From contig JANKJI020000002.1 of assembly GCA_024626585.2 (NCBI GenBank), positions 74,587,823-74,611,054 of the forward strand: a stretch of 23,232 bases of DNA, in the 5' to 3' direction. The translations under genes and the position numbers were made by a program. The notes beneath the pieces were generated by a model. That model saw only the letters and a program-made list of their open reading frames with translations, was not told where the DNA came from and searched no databases. This DNA is from Ginkgo biloba (Eukaryota; Plantae; Ginkgophyta). Position 1 is the stretch's first letter. Each line of letters starts with the position of its first letter. Of this stretch, positions 21,375 through 23,232 are shown in pieces.

Positions 21375-23232
21375 TAAGAAAGGTGGAGAAAATATGAAAT
21401 TTTCAATCTTTAGAGAGATTTGAAAGATACAATATCTATTAGATTGGGTAGGATTTATAGATAAATACTTTGAATGGGAAGAGATGTAGGATCCTAATAG
21501 AGTGAAATTTGCGCACTAATTTGAAATGACATGCAAATATATGGTGGGATCATACGCAAAGAGAAAAGGTGAGGAAAGGTAAGTAGAAGGTTTAGACAAA
21601 AAAATATGGTGGAAAATATCAAGGGTAAATTATTTCCCGTAGATTATGGACAGAGATTATTTAGGGAATTCCAAAATCTGAATAAAAGATATAAGAGTGT
21701 GCAAGGATACACCAAGAATTTTTATAGGTTGTTCATTAGGAGTGGAATAGAATAAGATGAATATAAATTGATGATATAGTATGTTAATGGTTTAAATTTC
21801 CCCATCCAAGATGAGATATGCATGCATTGGATGAATTTGATGGAGGCATACTAGTTGGCATTGAAAGGCAAAGAAAAATAATTTTGAAGTATAAGTAAAA
21901 TATCCATAGTGAGGGGAATAAAATCCTTAGTCTAGAAATGAAGAGGAGGCACTAGAACATGGAGTGGTGAGAGTCATTCTTAGAGTAAAAGAACCATGGG
22001 GTATCAACATGATCCACCATCAAGACTTAGAGGATGAACCTTAGTCCAACAAATGAGTGGTTAGAGTGAATTTTTACAACATATAGGACAAGTTATTGAC
22101 AGAGGAGGTTATGCAATGAGAAGGAAAATAATTTTATATAGGTACAAATTAGAAAGTCATCGATCCTTCAAATGTATAGATAGATCCAAAGACTGACTGA
22201 GATAAGAGGAGTTAAGGGTAAAATTATACTGAGTAGGAGTGATAGATCATGCACTAATTGAGGAGTCAAAGAGACTTATAGAAAATAAAATATTATTGGC
22301 ATTAGGGGGAGAAAAGGAAAGAGATAGACAGAGTAGGCCAAAAAACCAACTGAGGATGTTGGCCAAAGATAAAGGGTCTACATGGATGAATAATCAATAA
22401 ATCACTAGAGGATGATGGAGAGTGAATCAATGAGGATTCTGAGGATGTTATACACCAAGTAATCTAGGATGGTTGATAATTAGAGAAAGTAATATTGTGA
22501 TAAGTGATAAGGGGTAATCGATAAGTAAAGACAATTGTAAGATAACTAGAGATCATGGGCTAGCCACTGATAGAGGAAATAGGCAAACTAATCTATAAGG
22601 AGTGATTCACCAACAAAGGGAAGCAAACAAATGGCCTAGAGTAGAGAAAAAATATTTTCAAGAATAGATTCACATCTAGAGGCAAAGGATGAAAGGTAAT
22701 CATTAATGGGGGTAGCTATGAAAATATTGTATTGGAAGAGATGGTTTAAAATATGGGGTTACAGTGACAAAGACATGATTCACCATATAACATTACTTGG
22801 TTTAAAAATGGAGGGGATATAATAATTAGGGAAAGGTGTCTAGTATCATTCCATATCAATAACTACCATGATAAAGTATGGTGAAACATCATGTCAATAA
22901 AAACTCATCAATTATTGATAAGAAGACCATGCCCATTTGATCAACAAGAAGTGCATTATAGGAAAAGAAACACCCACACCATAAAAAAATATAAGAGGAA
23001 ATTTATATTATTATCAAAAGGAGAATAATAACTAGAACATGTGATCTTATCAATAAATAAGTTCATGAAGAGTGTGAAAGTCACTAGCACATGTTATGAT
23101 TTAGTGAGGAAGAAGGTGGAGGAAGGATGATCAGAGAAAGAACTAATAAAAGTCATAGGATTGTTGAACTAATATACGGTTATAATAGTAGAGGAGTTAT
23201 CAATTATACTACCACCCAAGAGAGGTATTTCC
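21375..23232 (+). mobile_element. Degenerate Ty3/gypsy chromovirus (CRM-like) gag - CCHC - protease, running off the window
   Basis: LLDWVGFIDKYFEWEE..RVKFA..HANIWWD..PVDYGQRLFREFQNL..SVQGYT..FYRL..YVNGL; knuckle relic YRYKLESHRSFKC (~22138-22176); protease KVIINGGSYENIV..PYNITW..ERCLVSF..LLIRRPCPFD; ends LLPPKRGI. Confidence 0.92.

Overview
AT-rich, gappy (about 15 N-runs, most exactly 100 N) plant nuclear DNA that is a retrotransposon graveyard. I find no intact protein-coding gene. A gymnosperm source is suggested by the LRR-RLK and retroelement sequence styles, but this is inference. Three host-gene relics are recognisable by manual translation: an LRR receptor-kinase (subfamily XII-like) ectodomain pseudogene (+, 4710-5703), an internally deleted, apparently intronless aconitase C-terminal fragment lying inside an LTR/PBS-bounded unit (-, 9075-9420), and a TFIIIC subunit 3 (GTF3C3)-like first coding exon with an in-frame 114-bp duplication (-, 16153-16547). 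Retroelement relics: a Ty3/gypsy gag-PR-RT start (-, ~1562-3330), a Ty1/copia RT/RNase H + PPT + 3' LTR (-, ~5939-7147), a Tat/Ogre-like integrase (+, ~8125-8735), a CRM-like gag-protease (+, ~21375-23232), and two oppositely oriented 3' ends of one LTR family (1-1187 minus; 10793-~12500 plus). That family carries a sense-strand extra ORF (Gln-rich and probably coiled-coil in the plus copy) whose C-terminus is conserved between the copies, then a conserved hairpin just before the PPT. This is the best candidate for something undescribed. Most ORFs in the supplied track are spurious or span N gaps. All family calls come from remembered motifs, not database searches.
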